Positions 1-7,724 of a DNA stretch of 64,000 nucleotides are shown one piece after another. A program made the position numbers and the translations under genes. Positions within the stretch are counted from its first letter, which is position 1; the number at the start of each line of letters is the position of its first letter. The notes under the pieces are model-generated. The model did not search any database. It was not told the DNA's origin and was given only the letters and a program-made list of their open reading frames with translations. Origin of the DNA: Myxococcales bacterium (lineage in GTDB: Bacteria; Myxococcota_A; UBA9042; JABWCM01; BTVJ01). Location: NCBI GenBank assembly GCA_045863395.1, contig BTVJ01000035.1, positions 1-64,000 on the forward strand, written 5' to 3'.

Positions 1-84
1 CGCCAAGGCGTGCGAAGTCCGCCGACAGGATCGACGGAGCAAGCAGCACGGGGCGAGTGGGCCCGTTGTGTCTCGGGTGACTGC

Positions 85-1575
85 TCATTCTGCCAAAGAC
101 CCCCGCCCTCCGTTTGGGCCCGCGCTATATACTGGACCCGGCGGCTGCCCGTCAACATCAAAAACGTGGCCCGACTCCGGCGCGTCCGTCGGGGGTGGCG
201 GCGGGTCCTCCGGGGGCAGCGGTGACCACGCAGGAGTGAAGTACTCGCCGGCCTCCTTGGTGATCATGGTCGCCAGCCGCCCGTCGGCGCTCATGATCCA
301 TAGGCGCTTGACGCCCCCGTCGCGCGTGCTCGTAAAGACGATGTATCGCCCATCCGGCGACCAGCTCGGCTCCTCGTTGTTGCCGGAGCCGCTGGTCAGG
401 CGCCACGTGTGCCCCGAGTCCGGGTCCACGGCGAAGAGGTCGAAGCGCGTCGAGGTGACCATGGTGTTGTAGGCGATGACGCTCCCCACCGGCGACCACT
501 CGGGGCTCGTGTTGTAGCCGCCCGCCTGCGGCAGGCGCGTCAGGTTGCCGCCGTCCTTGTCCATCACGTAGATCTGCGGCGAGCCCCCCCGGTCACTCAG
601 GAAGGTGATGCGCTGCCCGTCGGGGCTCCAGCTCGGGCTGGAGTCGATGGACGGGCTGCGGGTCAGGCGGCGCTTGACCTCGCCGCTCTGCGCGTCCAGG
701 ACGTAGATCTCGGCGTTGCCGTCCTTGCTGAGCGTGATGGCGAGCTCCGTGCCGTCCGGGCTGAAGGCTGCGCCCGTGTTGAGGCTCTCGTAGGCAGAGA
801 GCTTCTTGCCGTCCATCCAGAGGTCCGGGTTGCCGTCCGCGTAGCTCGTGTAGGCGACGTGGGCCGCGTCGCGCGTCCACGCCGGCAGCATGTTGATGGC
901 GGTGTTCGCGGTGACGGCGACCTCATCCAGGCCGTCCAGCCCCACGTGGCCGACCTGCTTCGGGCCCGAACCCAGGCGCTTGGCGAAGGCGATGCGGCTG
1001 CCGAACACCCCGGGCCGCCCCGTCAGCTCCACCAGCAGGTCGTCCGCCCAGCGGCCGAGGGCGCGGCGCAGCGTCTCACCCGTTACGAGCTGGCGGTCGT
1101 GCTTGAGGGCCACCCTGACGCCGCTCTCGATGACGTAGAAGCGCAGGTCGAGGACCAGCTCGTCCCCGGGCACCCGCTCCACCGTCCCCTTGACCAGCCC
1201 GTAGGCGCCCGTGTCCAGCCACGCGCCCCAGTCGATGGAGCTCGGCACCCATCCCTCGATGGCGGCTCCGCCGGGCGTGCGGCGCCCGTCCACCGCGTCG
1301 AAGAACAGAGAGGCCGAAAGGAACCCCCGAAGGATCTCCGGCGCCTGCCGCACCATGGACTCTCCGCGGCCATCGGGGGTCAGGTCGTGGAAGGGCGAGA
1401 CGGCGACGGGGAAGAGCTTCACGATGCGCGGGTCCTGGGCCGGGCGGCAGGACGCGGCCACGCACAGCCATCCCGGGTTGCACTCCGTGTGCTCGAGGCA
1501 CCACGTCTGGGCCCGCGCCGGCATCGCCCAGGACAGGGCGACGAGCGCGAGGCTAGCGAGCGAGGCGCGCGCCAT
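85..1575 (-). CDS. tolB: TolB family beta-propeller periplasmic protein with an N-terminal Cys-rich module
   Basis: Signal peptide; TolB N-domain-like region ending LTGRPGVFGSRIAF; repeated PD40 motifs (PAWTRD, AFSPDG, PSWSPDG, PEWSP, PSWSPDG); last gene of a tolQ-R-A operon. Confidence 0.9.
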   Translation of the reverse strand: MARASLASLALVALSWAMPARAQTWCLEHTECNPGWLCVAASCRPAQDPRIVKLFPVAVSPFHDLTPDGRGESMVRQAPEILRGFLSASLFFDAVDGRRTPGGAAIEGWVPSSIDWGAWLDTGAYGLVKGTVERVPGDELVLDLRFYVIESGVRVALKHDRQLVTGETLRRALGRWADDLLVELTGRPGVFGSRIAFAKRLGSGPKQVGHVGLDGLDEVAVTANTAINMLPAWTRDAAHVAYTSYADGNPDLWMDGKKLSAYESLNTGAAFSPDGTELAITLSKDGNAEIYVLDAQSGEVKRRLTRSPSIDSSPSWSPDGQRITFLSDRGGSPQIYVMDKDGGNLTRLPQAGGYNTSPEWSPVGSVIAYNTMVTSTRFDLFAVDPDSGHTWRLTSGSGNNEEPSWSPDGRYIVFTSTRDGGVKRLWIMSADGRLATMITKEAGEYFTPAWSPLPPEDPPPPPTDAPESGHVFDVDGQPPGPVYSAGPNGGRGSLAE

Positions 1576-2527
1576 CGAACGTGAAGAAGTACCTGCGGGC
1601 GTTCACGGCCGAGACGACCTCCGGTGGCAGCTCCGGCAGCTTGCGGAGGCCGCCCTCCTTGGGCATGAAGCGCTTGATGGCGGCCTCGACCGCCGAGTCG
1701 AACTGGGAGTTGCCAGAGCGGCGCACGAAGGAGTAGCCCTCGACGTCACCCTTTCCGCCCACCTTGAGCGTGATGTCGGCCTTCAGGCGCCGGATCTCGG
1801 AGTCCGTCAGGCTCGTCGGCACCACGAACTGGCGCCGCAGCTCGGTCTGGACGCGCCCGAGCAGCATGTCCCCCTCCTTGCCGGTGGGGTCGCTCCCGTA
1901 GACGCTGCCGTGGGGGCTGCCGATGATCTTGTCCAGCGCGGACGCGCGCTTGCGCGGGTCGGTGTCCCGCGGCGCGAGGATGTCGTCCAGCGACTTCTTG
2001 CGCCGCTTGTCGATCTCTGCCGGCTTGGGAAGGTTCTCTTTGAACGGGATGGGCTGGGGCTCGACGATCTCGTTCTCGATGTTGATGCCGTCCTGCACGG
2101 TCTCCGGCTGCTCGTACTTCACGAGCTCCGGCAGCGCCTTGGGGTCGGGCTCTTTCTCGCCGAGCTGGGCGATCACCGCGACCTCGATGAGGTCCATCTC
2201 CGCGTAGGGGGCCTCGTCGAGCCCGCGGCGCGGCCGCGCCACCTCCCCGAAGCCGCAGCGGATGCCCTCGCACAGGCCCGGGGTGCGGGCGGCGGGCTCC
2301 AGGTTCATCTTGATGCCGTCGGCCTCCTTGACGAGGACCGTCAGGCCGGCGGCGTGGACGATGAGGGCCAGCACGACGCCCGCAGCCGGGAAGCGCCAGT
2401 CCACACCGGAGGGGCGGCGAGGTCCGCTGCGCGGCGGGAGCGGCGACTCCGTGGACGGGTCGATGCCCGGGCCTCGCGGTCGTGTCCTCTCGATGGCGGC
2501 GGCCCCGTTCTCTCGCATCGTGCTCAC
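1553..2527 (-). CDS. tolA: TolA/TonB-like energy transducer (single TM, Pro/charged linker, TonB/TolA C-terminal domain)
   Basis: TM with conserved His (VVLALIVHAAGL); C-terminal 'RRSGNSQFDSAVEAAI'; GTG start overlaps the tolR stop (GTGA 2527-2524); ATG at 2518 is an alternative start. Confidence 0.75.
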   Translation of the reverse strand: MSTMRENGAAAIERTRPRGPGIDPSTESPLPPRSGPRRPSGVDWRFPAAGVVLALIVHAAGLTVLVKEADGIKMNLEPAARTPGLCEGIRCGFGEVARPRRGLDEAPYAEMDLIEVAVIAQLGEKEPDPKALPELVKYEQPETVQDGINIENEIVEPQPIPFKENLPKPAEIDKRRKKSLDDILAPRDTDPRKRASALDKIIGSPHGSVYGSDPTGKEGDMLLGRVQTELRRQFVVPTSLTDSEIRRLKADITLKVGGKGDVEGYSFVRRSGNSQFDSAVEAAIKRFMPKEGGLRKLPELPPEVVSAVNARRYFFTFDGARLAR

Positions 2528-3132
2528 TGCTCCAGGTCGGGCTCGGCGACGAGCCCGAACTTGGTGATACCGGCCTTCCTCACGCGCGCCATGACGGCCA
2601 GCACCCGCCCGTAGTCGATGGAACGGTCCGCGCGCAAGTAGAGTTCCTGGTCCTGCCTCAGCTTCTCGTTCTCCAGGAGCTTCTCCTCCAGCGTGACCAG
2701 GCACAGCTTGAACGCGTCATCTTCGATGGTGGTCTTCGCGGCGGCGCCCTTGGGGGGGGCCTTCGGATCCTTCTTGGGGTCCTGGGGCAGCCCCTCCAGG
2801 CACCCGATGATGCGGGTGTCGCCGAGGAAGAACTCGAAGCCCTCGTTCATGGTCAGGACGAGCTTCTTCTCCTCCGTCAGGTTCACCTTCTCTGCGTTGA
2901 CCTTCGGCAGCTCGATGGGCACCTGCTGCTGTGGCGCCTTCTCCTCCTCCGACACCGCCTCCTGGAGCTGGCGGAGCTCCTCCATCTCCTGCTCGACGCG
3001 GATGGTCTCCACGGTCGAGGTGACCATGAAGATGATCAGCAGCACGAGCATGACGTCCACCAGAGGAGTGACGTTGATCTCGGCGAGGCTGGTCAGCTTC
3101 CCCGGGTCGTGGCCGCCCGTCGACATTCCCAT
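2524..3132 (-). CDS. tolR: TolR/ExbD biopolymer transport protein
   Basis: EINVTPLVDVMLVLLIIFMVT and LYLRADRSIDYGRV motifs. Confidence 0.9.
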   Translation of the reverse strand: MGMSTGGHDPGKLTSLAEINVTPLVDVMLVLLIIFMVTSTVETIRVEQEMEELRQLQEAVSEEEKAPQQQVPIELPKVNAEKVNLTEEKKLVLTMNEGFEFFLGDTRIIGCLEGLPQDPKKDPKAPPKGAAAKTTIEDDAFKLCLVTLEEKLLENEKLRQDQELYLRADRSIDYGRVLAVMARVRKAGITKFGLVAEPDLEQ

Positions 3133-3144
3133 GGGAGCGGCCTC

Positions 3145-3903
3145 CTAGAAGAAGTGGCGGCGGACGATGTTCAGGAAGTCGCTCGAGAAGTTGTCCATCT
3201 CGATGGCCGTGATCTTGATGCGCTGGACGAACCAGTTGTACGCCATCACGGCGGGGATGGCGGCGGCGAGGCCCATCGCCGTCGCGATGAGAGCCTCGGC
3301 GATGTGCGGCGCCACGCTGGTCAGCAGGGACTGTGACGGGTCGATGGACGCGAACGCCTCCATGATTCCCCACACCGTCCCGAAGAGCCCGATGAACGGG
3401 GCCGCGCTGCCCGTGGTGGCCAGGAAGGGGACCATCCTCTCGACCTGGGTCGTCTCGGCCAGCATGGTGCGGCGGAGCGCCCGCTCGATGTTCTCGATGT
3501 CGTCGGTGTGGAGGCGAGCCTCCATCGTCGCGGCGTCGGCCCGGGGCTCGCGCTTCTCCTGGGCCCGCTTCACCCGGTCGAGCTCCTGGTAGCCTGCCCG
3601 GAACACCCGCGCCACGGGGGAGGCGTCTAGCTGCTCTGCCCGCTGGTACACCGCGTCGAGGCGCTTGCTCTGCCAGAAGGCGTCCAGGAAGTGCTGGGAC
3701 TGGGTGCGCAGGCGCCGGAAGTACAGCAGCTTGAAGCCGATGACGAACCAGCTCCCCAGGGAGAGGAAGATCAGCACCAGCAGCACGAAGAGCACCACCC
3801 ACGACTCGCCCAGGCGCTGCATGAGGCTGTCGGTCAGGCTCGGGGGCGCGGCCTTGGTGGCCTGGGCCAGCAGCGTGGCGCCGGTCAGCACGAGGTCACT
3901 CAT
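3145..3903 (-). CDS. tolQ: TolQ/ExbB proton channel protein
   Basis: FLATTGSAAPFIGLFGTVWGIM and IAEALIATAMGLAAAIPAV motifs. Confidence 0.92.
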   Translation of the reverse strand: MSDLVLTGATLLAQATKAAPPSLTDSLMQRLGESWVVLFVLLVLIFLSLGSWFVIGFKLLYFRRLRTQSQHFLDAFWQSKRLDAVYQRAEQLDASPVARVFRAGYQELDRVKRAQEKREPRADAATMEARLHTDDIENIERALRRTMLAETTQVERMVPFLATTGSAAPFIGLFGTVWGIMEAFASIDPSQSLLTSVAPHIAEALIATAMGLAAAIPAVMAYNWFVQRIKITAIEMDNFSSDFLNIVRRHFF

Positions 3904-4044
3904 CCTACTCCTCTGGGTCGGCTGCGGGGCATGGTGTCGCGCGGTCCAGGCGACCGGCGAGCCCTACCATGGGCCCTGGGGGTTGTCAAAAATTGGATCC
4001 GAGCGAGGCCCTCGGGCGTCCGGAGTCCACGGGCCGGGGCTGCG

Positions 4045-4072
4045 TTGACATGCCCCCGGGGGTCGATATCAT
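4045..4072 (+). promoter_or_regulatory. sigma70-type promoter for the FHA gene; a divergent TTGACA at 3984-3989 (minus) may serve tolQ
   Basis: TTGACA(4045-4050)-16 nt-TATCAT(4067-4072), GGAGG before ATG 4106. Confidence 0.6.
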
Positions 4073-4105
4073 GGCGGGGTTTTCCCAGGGGTCTCGGAGG
4101 CGGCG

Positions 4106-6946
4106 ATGACGAACAAGAACGACAAGTACGGCTTCACGGAGGGCACCATGGTGGACATCGACGGCGAGCACGTCGGCGGTCCAGGCCGCAAGGAGCCCTC
4201 TCCGCGGCCGCTCGGGGGACGCGACGCCTCCGCACCTCCCGCCTCCCGGGCGCCCCGCCCGGCCCCCCCGCCTGCGCCGGAGCCCGTGGATCTCGAGTCC
4301 ACGCGCGCCATGGAGATGGCGCCGCAGGGCGACGCGGAGCGTACGGTCCTCATGGAGTCGCCGGTCGTGGACCGCCCCAAGGCGTACCTGACCATCGTCG
4401 GTGGCCAGGACAAGGGGAAGGAGGTGCCCCTGCGCGCCGCGGAGGTCCTCGTCGGTCGTGGCTTGGACTGCGACCTGGTCCTCAACGACCCGTCCGTGTC
4501 CCGCAAGCACTTCAAGCTCGTCCTGGCAGGCGACAAATACAAGCTGGTGGATCTGGGCAGCGGCAACGGCACTACGATCAACGGGCAGAGGGTGAAGGAG
4601 CTGGTGCTGGCGGAGGGGACGGAGCTGAAGTCCGGCACCACCGTGATGCGCATCGGCTACGGTGCCGTCGCGCCAGCCCCGAAGGACCAGACGTCCACCG
4701 CACACGTCCCCCGCCCGCAGCCGCCGCAGCGCAAAGCCCCCCCCGTGGAAGAGATCGAGGAGGCGGAGCCCGTCCGCGGTGGCGCGGGCAAGGCCATCGC
4801 CATCGCCGCAGTCGTGATCCTCGTCCTTGGTGGTGCAACGTGGTTCGTCGGCGAGAAGCTCATGGGGTGGTGGAACCTGGCGGGTCTGGCGCCGACGACG
4901 GTGACGCCCGCGAGCACGGCCAGCGCCGACGAGGCGGACGACGAGGCCGAGGAGGCCAGCGAGGCTGCTACCACAGAGGCGGAGAAGGCGCTCGCGGAGG
5001 CGGAGAAGGCGCTGGAGGGGCTGGAGGCGGGTGGCGACGCGGCGGCGGCCATCGCTGCGGCGCAGAAGGCGGCCCTGGAGGCGGCGGGAGGCGACGCGGC
5101 GGCGGCCATCGCCGCGGCTCAGAAGGCCGCGGAGGCGGCGGGGGGCGATGCGGCGGCGGCCATCGCTGCGGCGCAGAAGGCTGCACTCGAGGCCGCGGGT
5201 GGGGACACGGCGGCGGCCATCGCGGCAGCGCAGGCTGCCGCGCAGGCGGCGGGAGGCGACGCGGCGGCGGCCATCGCGGCTGCGCAGAAGGCGGCTGAGG
5301 CGGCCGGTGGTGACGCGGCCGCTGCCATCGCCGCGGCCCAGGCGGCGGCGCAGGCGGCCGGCGGCGATGCGGCGGCGGCGCTCGCGGCGGCCCAGAAGGC
5401 AGCAGAGGCCGCCGGTGGCGACGCTGCGGCTGCCATGGCGGCCGCTGCCGCAGCGCAGAAGGCGGCGCTGGAGGCGGCCGGCGGGGACGCTGCGGCTGCC
5501 ATCGCGGCAGCCCAGAAGGCAGCCCTGGAGGCCGCCGGGCAGACGGGCGACGCGAGCGCGGCCATGGCCGACGCCATGAAGGCGGCGGCGGAGGCCCAGA
5601 AGGCGGCGCTCGCGGCAGCAGGCCAGGGCGGTGATGCGGCGGCTGCCATCGCGGCGGCGCAGCAGGCTGCCATGGAGGCCCAGAAGGCTGCGCTGGCTGC
5701 CGCTGGCCAGGCCCAGGGGGACGCGGCAGATGCCATCGCCAAGGCCAATGCAGCCGCGTTGGCAGCGGCGCAGGGGGGAGACGCGGCACTGAAGGGAGCC
5801 GAGCAGGTCGCCGGGGGCGCGCAGGTCGCCGCGGTGGTCCCCCCGACGGCGGCGGACGACGACGTGAAGGCGCTCTTCGAGGGCGGCCTGGAGCTGACCA
5901 AGGATCAGCGCTGGGATGACGCCCTCGCGAAGTTCGAGGCGGTGAAGGCCAAGAGCGCGAGCTACCCCGGGTTGTCGGGAGCGATGGCCCGCGTCCAGGC
6001 CGAGCGCGGAATGGGCGCCAAGCTGGAGGACGCCAAGCGAAAGCTGGCCGAGGGACAGACCTCCAAGGGGCTCGAGATCCTCAAGGCCATCCCGGAGACG
6101 TCGAGCTACTTCGTCGATGCTGCGACGCTGCTTGCCGAGGCGCGCGACGACTTCGTGCGTGATCGCATGACCGATGCACGAACCGCCGTGCGCAACAAGA
6201 ACGCAGGCGAGGCGCGCAAGGCGGTCAAGGCGGTCCTGGCGGAGAACGCGGACCACGCGGACGCTCGGGCCCTCTCCAAGGCTCTGGACCAGGGCATGCC
6301 CGCCGCCTACAAGCTGGTCACCGGGGAGACCCTGGAGGACAAGCCCAAGGTGGACAAGCCCAAGCCCAGCAAGGCGGACTTCGGCAGCGCCATCAGCGCG
6401 TACAAGGCCGGGCGCTTCGACGACGCCATCAGCCAGCTCGAAGCCGAGAGCAGGAAGGACCTACCGAAGGCGGACCAGGCGCGGGCCAAGGACTACATCA
6501 AGAACATCAAGAAGTTCCGCAACAACTACGGCGAGGGAAAGGCTGCGGCCAAGGGCTTCCAGGCCGCGGCAGCGACGGGGCCGCTGGAGAAGGCCTGGCA
6601 GGCCGACCAGAAGCTCGGTGGCCACTACTCGGGGGAGCTCAAGCGCATGCTTGCGGACATGAACGCCTACCGCGCCGCCAGCTACTTCGCCAAGAACGAG
6701 TATGGCACCGCGGCAGTGTTCGCTCGCAAGGCCCTGTCCTTCGACTCGAGCCAGCAGAGCGCGAGCCAGGTCTACTCGAAGTCCCAGGAGAAGGCCGAGA
6801 GCCTCCACCAGCAGGGCATGTCGGCGTGGAACGGGGGCAACAAGGCGCTCGCAGGCAGCTTCTTCCGCCAGGTGATCAAGATCCTCCCCGACACCCACCC
6901 CAGCTACAAGGAAGCCTACTCGCTGCTTGGCCAGATGGAGGAGTAG
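4106..6946 (+). CDS. FHA domain membrane protein with alanine-rich tandem repeats and a TPR-like C-terminus
   Basis: FHA motif VGRGLDCDLVLNDPSVSRKH...DLGSGNGT; one TM (IAIAAVVILVLGGATWF); GGDAAAAIAAAQKAA repeats; helical TPR-like C-terminal region. Confidence 0.85.
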   Translation: MTNKNDKYGFTEGTMVDIDGEHVGGPGRKEPSPRPLGGRDASAPPASRAPRPAPPPAPEPVDLESTRAMEMAPQGDAERTVLMESPVVDRPKAYLTIVGGQDKGKEVPLRAAEVLVGRGLDCDLVLNDPSVSRKHFKLVLAGDKYKLVDLGSGNGTTINGQRVKELVLAEGTELKSGTTVMRIGYGAVAPAPKDQTSTAHVPRPQPPQRKAPPVEEIEEAEPVRGGAGKAIAIAAVVILVLGGATWFVGEKLMGWWNLAGLAPTTVTPASTASADEADDEAEEASEAATTEAEKALAEAEKALEGLEAGGDAAAAIAAAQKAALEAAGGDAAAAIAAAQKAAEAAGGDAAAAIAAAQKAALEAAGGDTAAAIAAAQAAAQAAGGDAAAAIAAAQKAAEAAGGDAAAAIAAAQAAAQAAGGDAAAALAAAQKAAEAAGGDAAAAMAAAAAAQKAALEAAGGDAAAAIAAAQKAALEAAGQTGDASAAMADAMKAAAEAQKAALAAAGQGGDAAAAIAAAQQAAMEAQKAALAAAGQAQGDAADAIAKANAAALAAAQGGDAALKGAEQVAGGAQVAAVVPPTAADDDVKALFEGGLELTKDQRWDDALAKFEAVKAKSASYPGLSGAMARVQAERGMGAKLEDAKRKLAEGQTSKGLEILKAIPETSSYFVDAATLLAEARDDFVRDRMTDARTAVRNKNAGEARKAVKAVLAENADHADARALSKALDQGMPAAYKLVTGETLEDKPKVDKPKPSKADFGSAISAYKAGRFDDAISQLEAESRKDLPKADQARAKDYIKNIKKFRNNYGEGKAAAKGFQAAAATGPLEKAWQADQKLGGHYSGELKRMLADMNAYRAASYFAKNEYGTAAVFARKALSFDSSQQSASQVYSKSQEKAESLHQQGMSAWNGGNKALAGSFFRQVIKILPDTHPSYKEAYSLLGQMEE
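5030..5800 (+). repeat. Coding tandem repeat, 54-66 bp units encoding GGDAAAAIAAAQ(K/A)AA(L)(E/Q)AA; 9 close copies plus about 4 degenerate
   Basis: Read directly from the translation and DNA. Confidence 0.9.
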
Positions 6947-7015
6947 CCCTACCCGAGCCTCGCCTGCGAGGCGCGCCGCCTGGCTCCACACCCCAGGGTC
7001 GGAGTGCTGCCCCTG

Positions 7016-7399
7016 TCAGCGGTGCTTCGTGGAGTGGACGTGCCGGATGGTGGTGACGAGCTCGTCCAGGTCGAAGGGCTTGTCGAGCTGCGCATCTGCG
7101 CCATACAGCGGGGACGTCAGCTCGTTGAGGGTCGGGCCGATGGCGGTCAGCATCACGATGCCCACCTGGTCGAACTCGGGCTTCTTTCGGAGGTGCTTCG
7201 CCACCTCCCACCCGTTGAGCTCCGGCATCATGACGTCGAGCACGATCATGTCAGGGTGCTCCTCCAGGGCGAGCGTCAGCGCCTCGGAGCCGTTGTGGGC
7301 CTCGATGAGCTGGAAGTCGCGCGAGAGGCGCTTTCGGATGATCCGCAGGATCTCCAGGTCGTCGTCGGCGATGAGCACTCTGAGCTGATTGTCCGCCAT
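7016..7399 (-). CDS. Single-domain response regulator (CheY-like receiver)
   Basis: VLIADDD, IVLDVMMPELNG, MLTA, KPFD motifs; GGAG before ATG 7399. Confidence 0.9.
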   Translation of the reverse strand: MADNQLRVLIADDDLEILRIIRKRLSRDFQLIEAHNGSEALTLALEEHPDMIVLDVMMPELNGWEVAKHLRKKPEFDQVGIVMLTAIGPTLNELTSPLYGADAQLDKPFDLDELVTTIRHVHSTKHR

Positions 7400-7527
7400 C
7401 GTCTGCTCCCATGTCCGGGGACTTCCTTCCATATGATCGCTCTGCGTCGGAAAGTCAAGCGTGGTGCGGGTGGCTGGCATCGCGCGACCTCCGGGGCGGC
7501 GTGGGGGCGCTGTCCGCCGCCGCCAAA

Positions 7528-7556
7528 TTGACTTGGTCCAGGGGGGGAACTACCAT
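7528..7556 (+). promoter_or_regulatory. sigma70-type promoter, followed by a ~160-nt structured leader
   Basis: TTGACT(7528-7533)-17 nt-TACCAT(7551-7556). Confidence 0.55.
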
Positions 7557-7724
7557 GCCCGGCCAGGCGCCCCGCCACCTGACGCCTGGGGTCAGTGAGA
7601 GACCGGGCGCGTCTCTCGTATGACGGACTCGCCCCCGGGCGGCCACGAGGGGCGTGGAGCGATCCCGGCTGACCCTGGTCGTGTCCCCGCGGTTTGCGGC
7701 GCCTCGCTCGCAGGAGACACTGGG

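Noticed and set aside
1553..3903. AglRQS gliding motor interpretation
   Set aside because: Single TolR with tolA and tolB following fits a Tol system.
5030..5800. Periodic DNA repeats resembling a CRISPR array
   Set aside because: In-frame coding repeats with synonymous variation, no unique spacers, no cas genes.
6957..6972. Hairpin GCCTCGC/GCGAGGC between convergent genes
   Set aside because: No U-tract and a very short loop; too weak to call a terminator.
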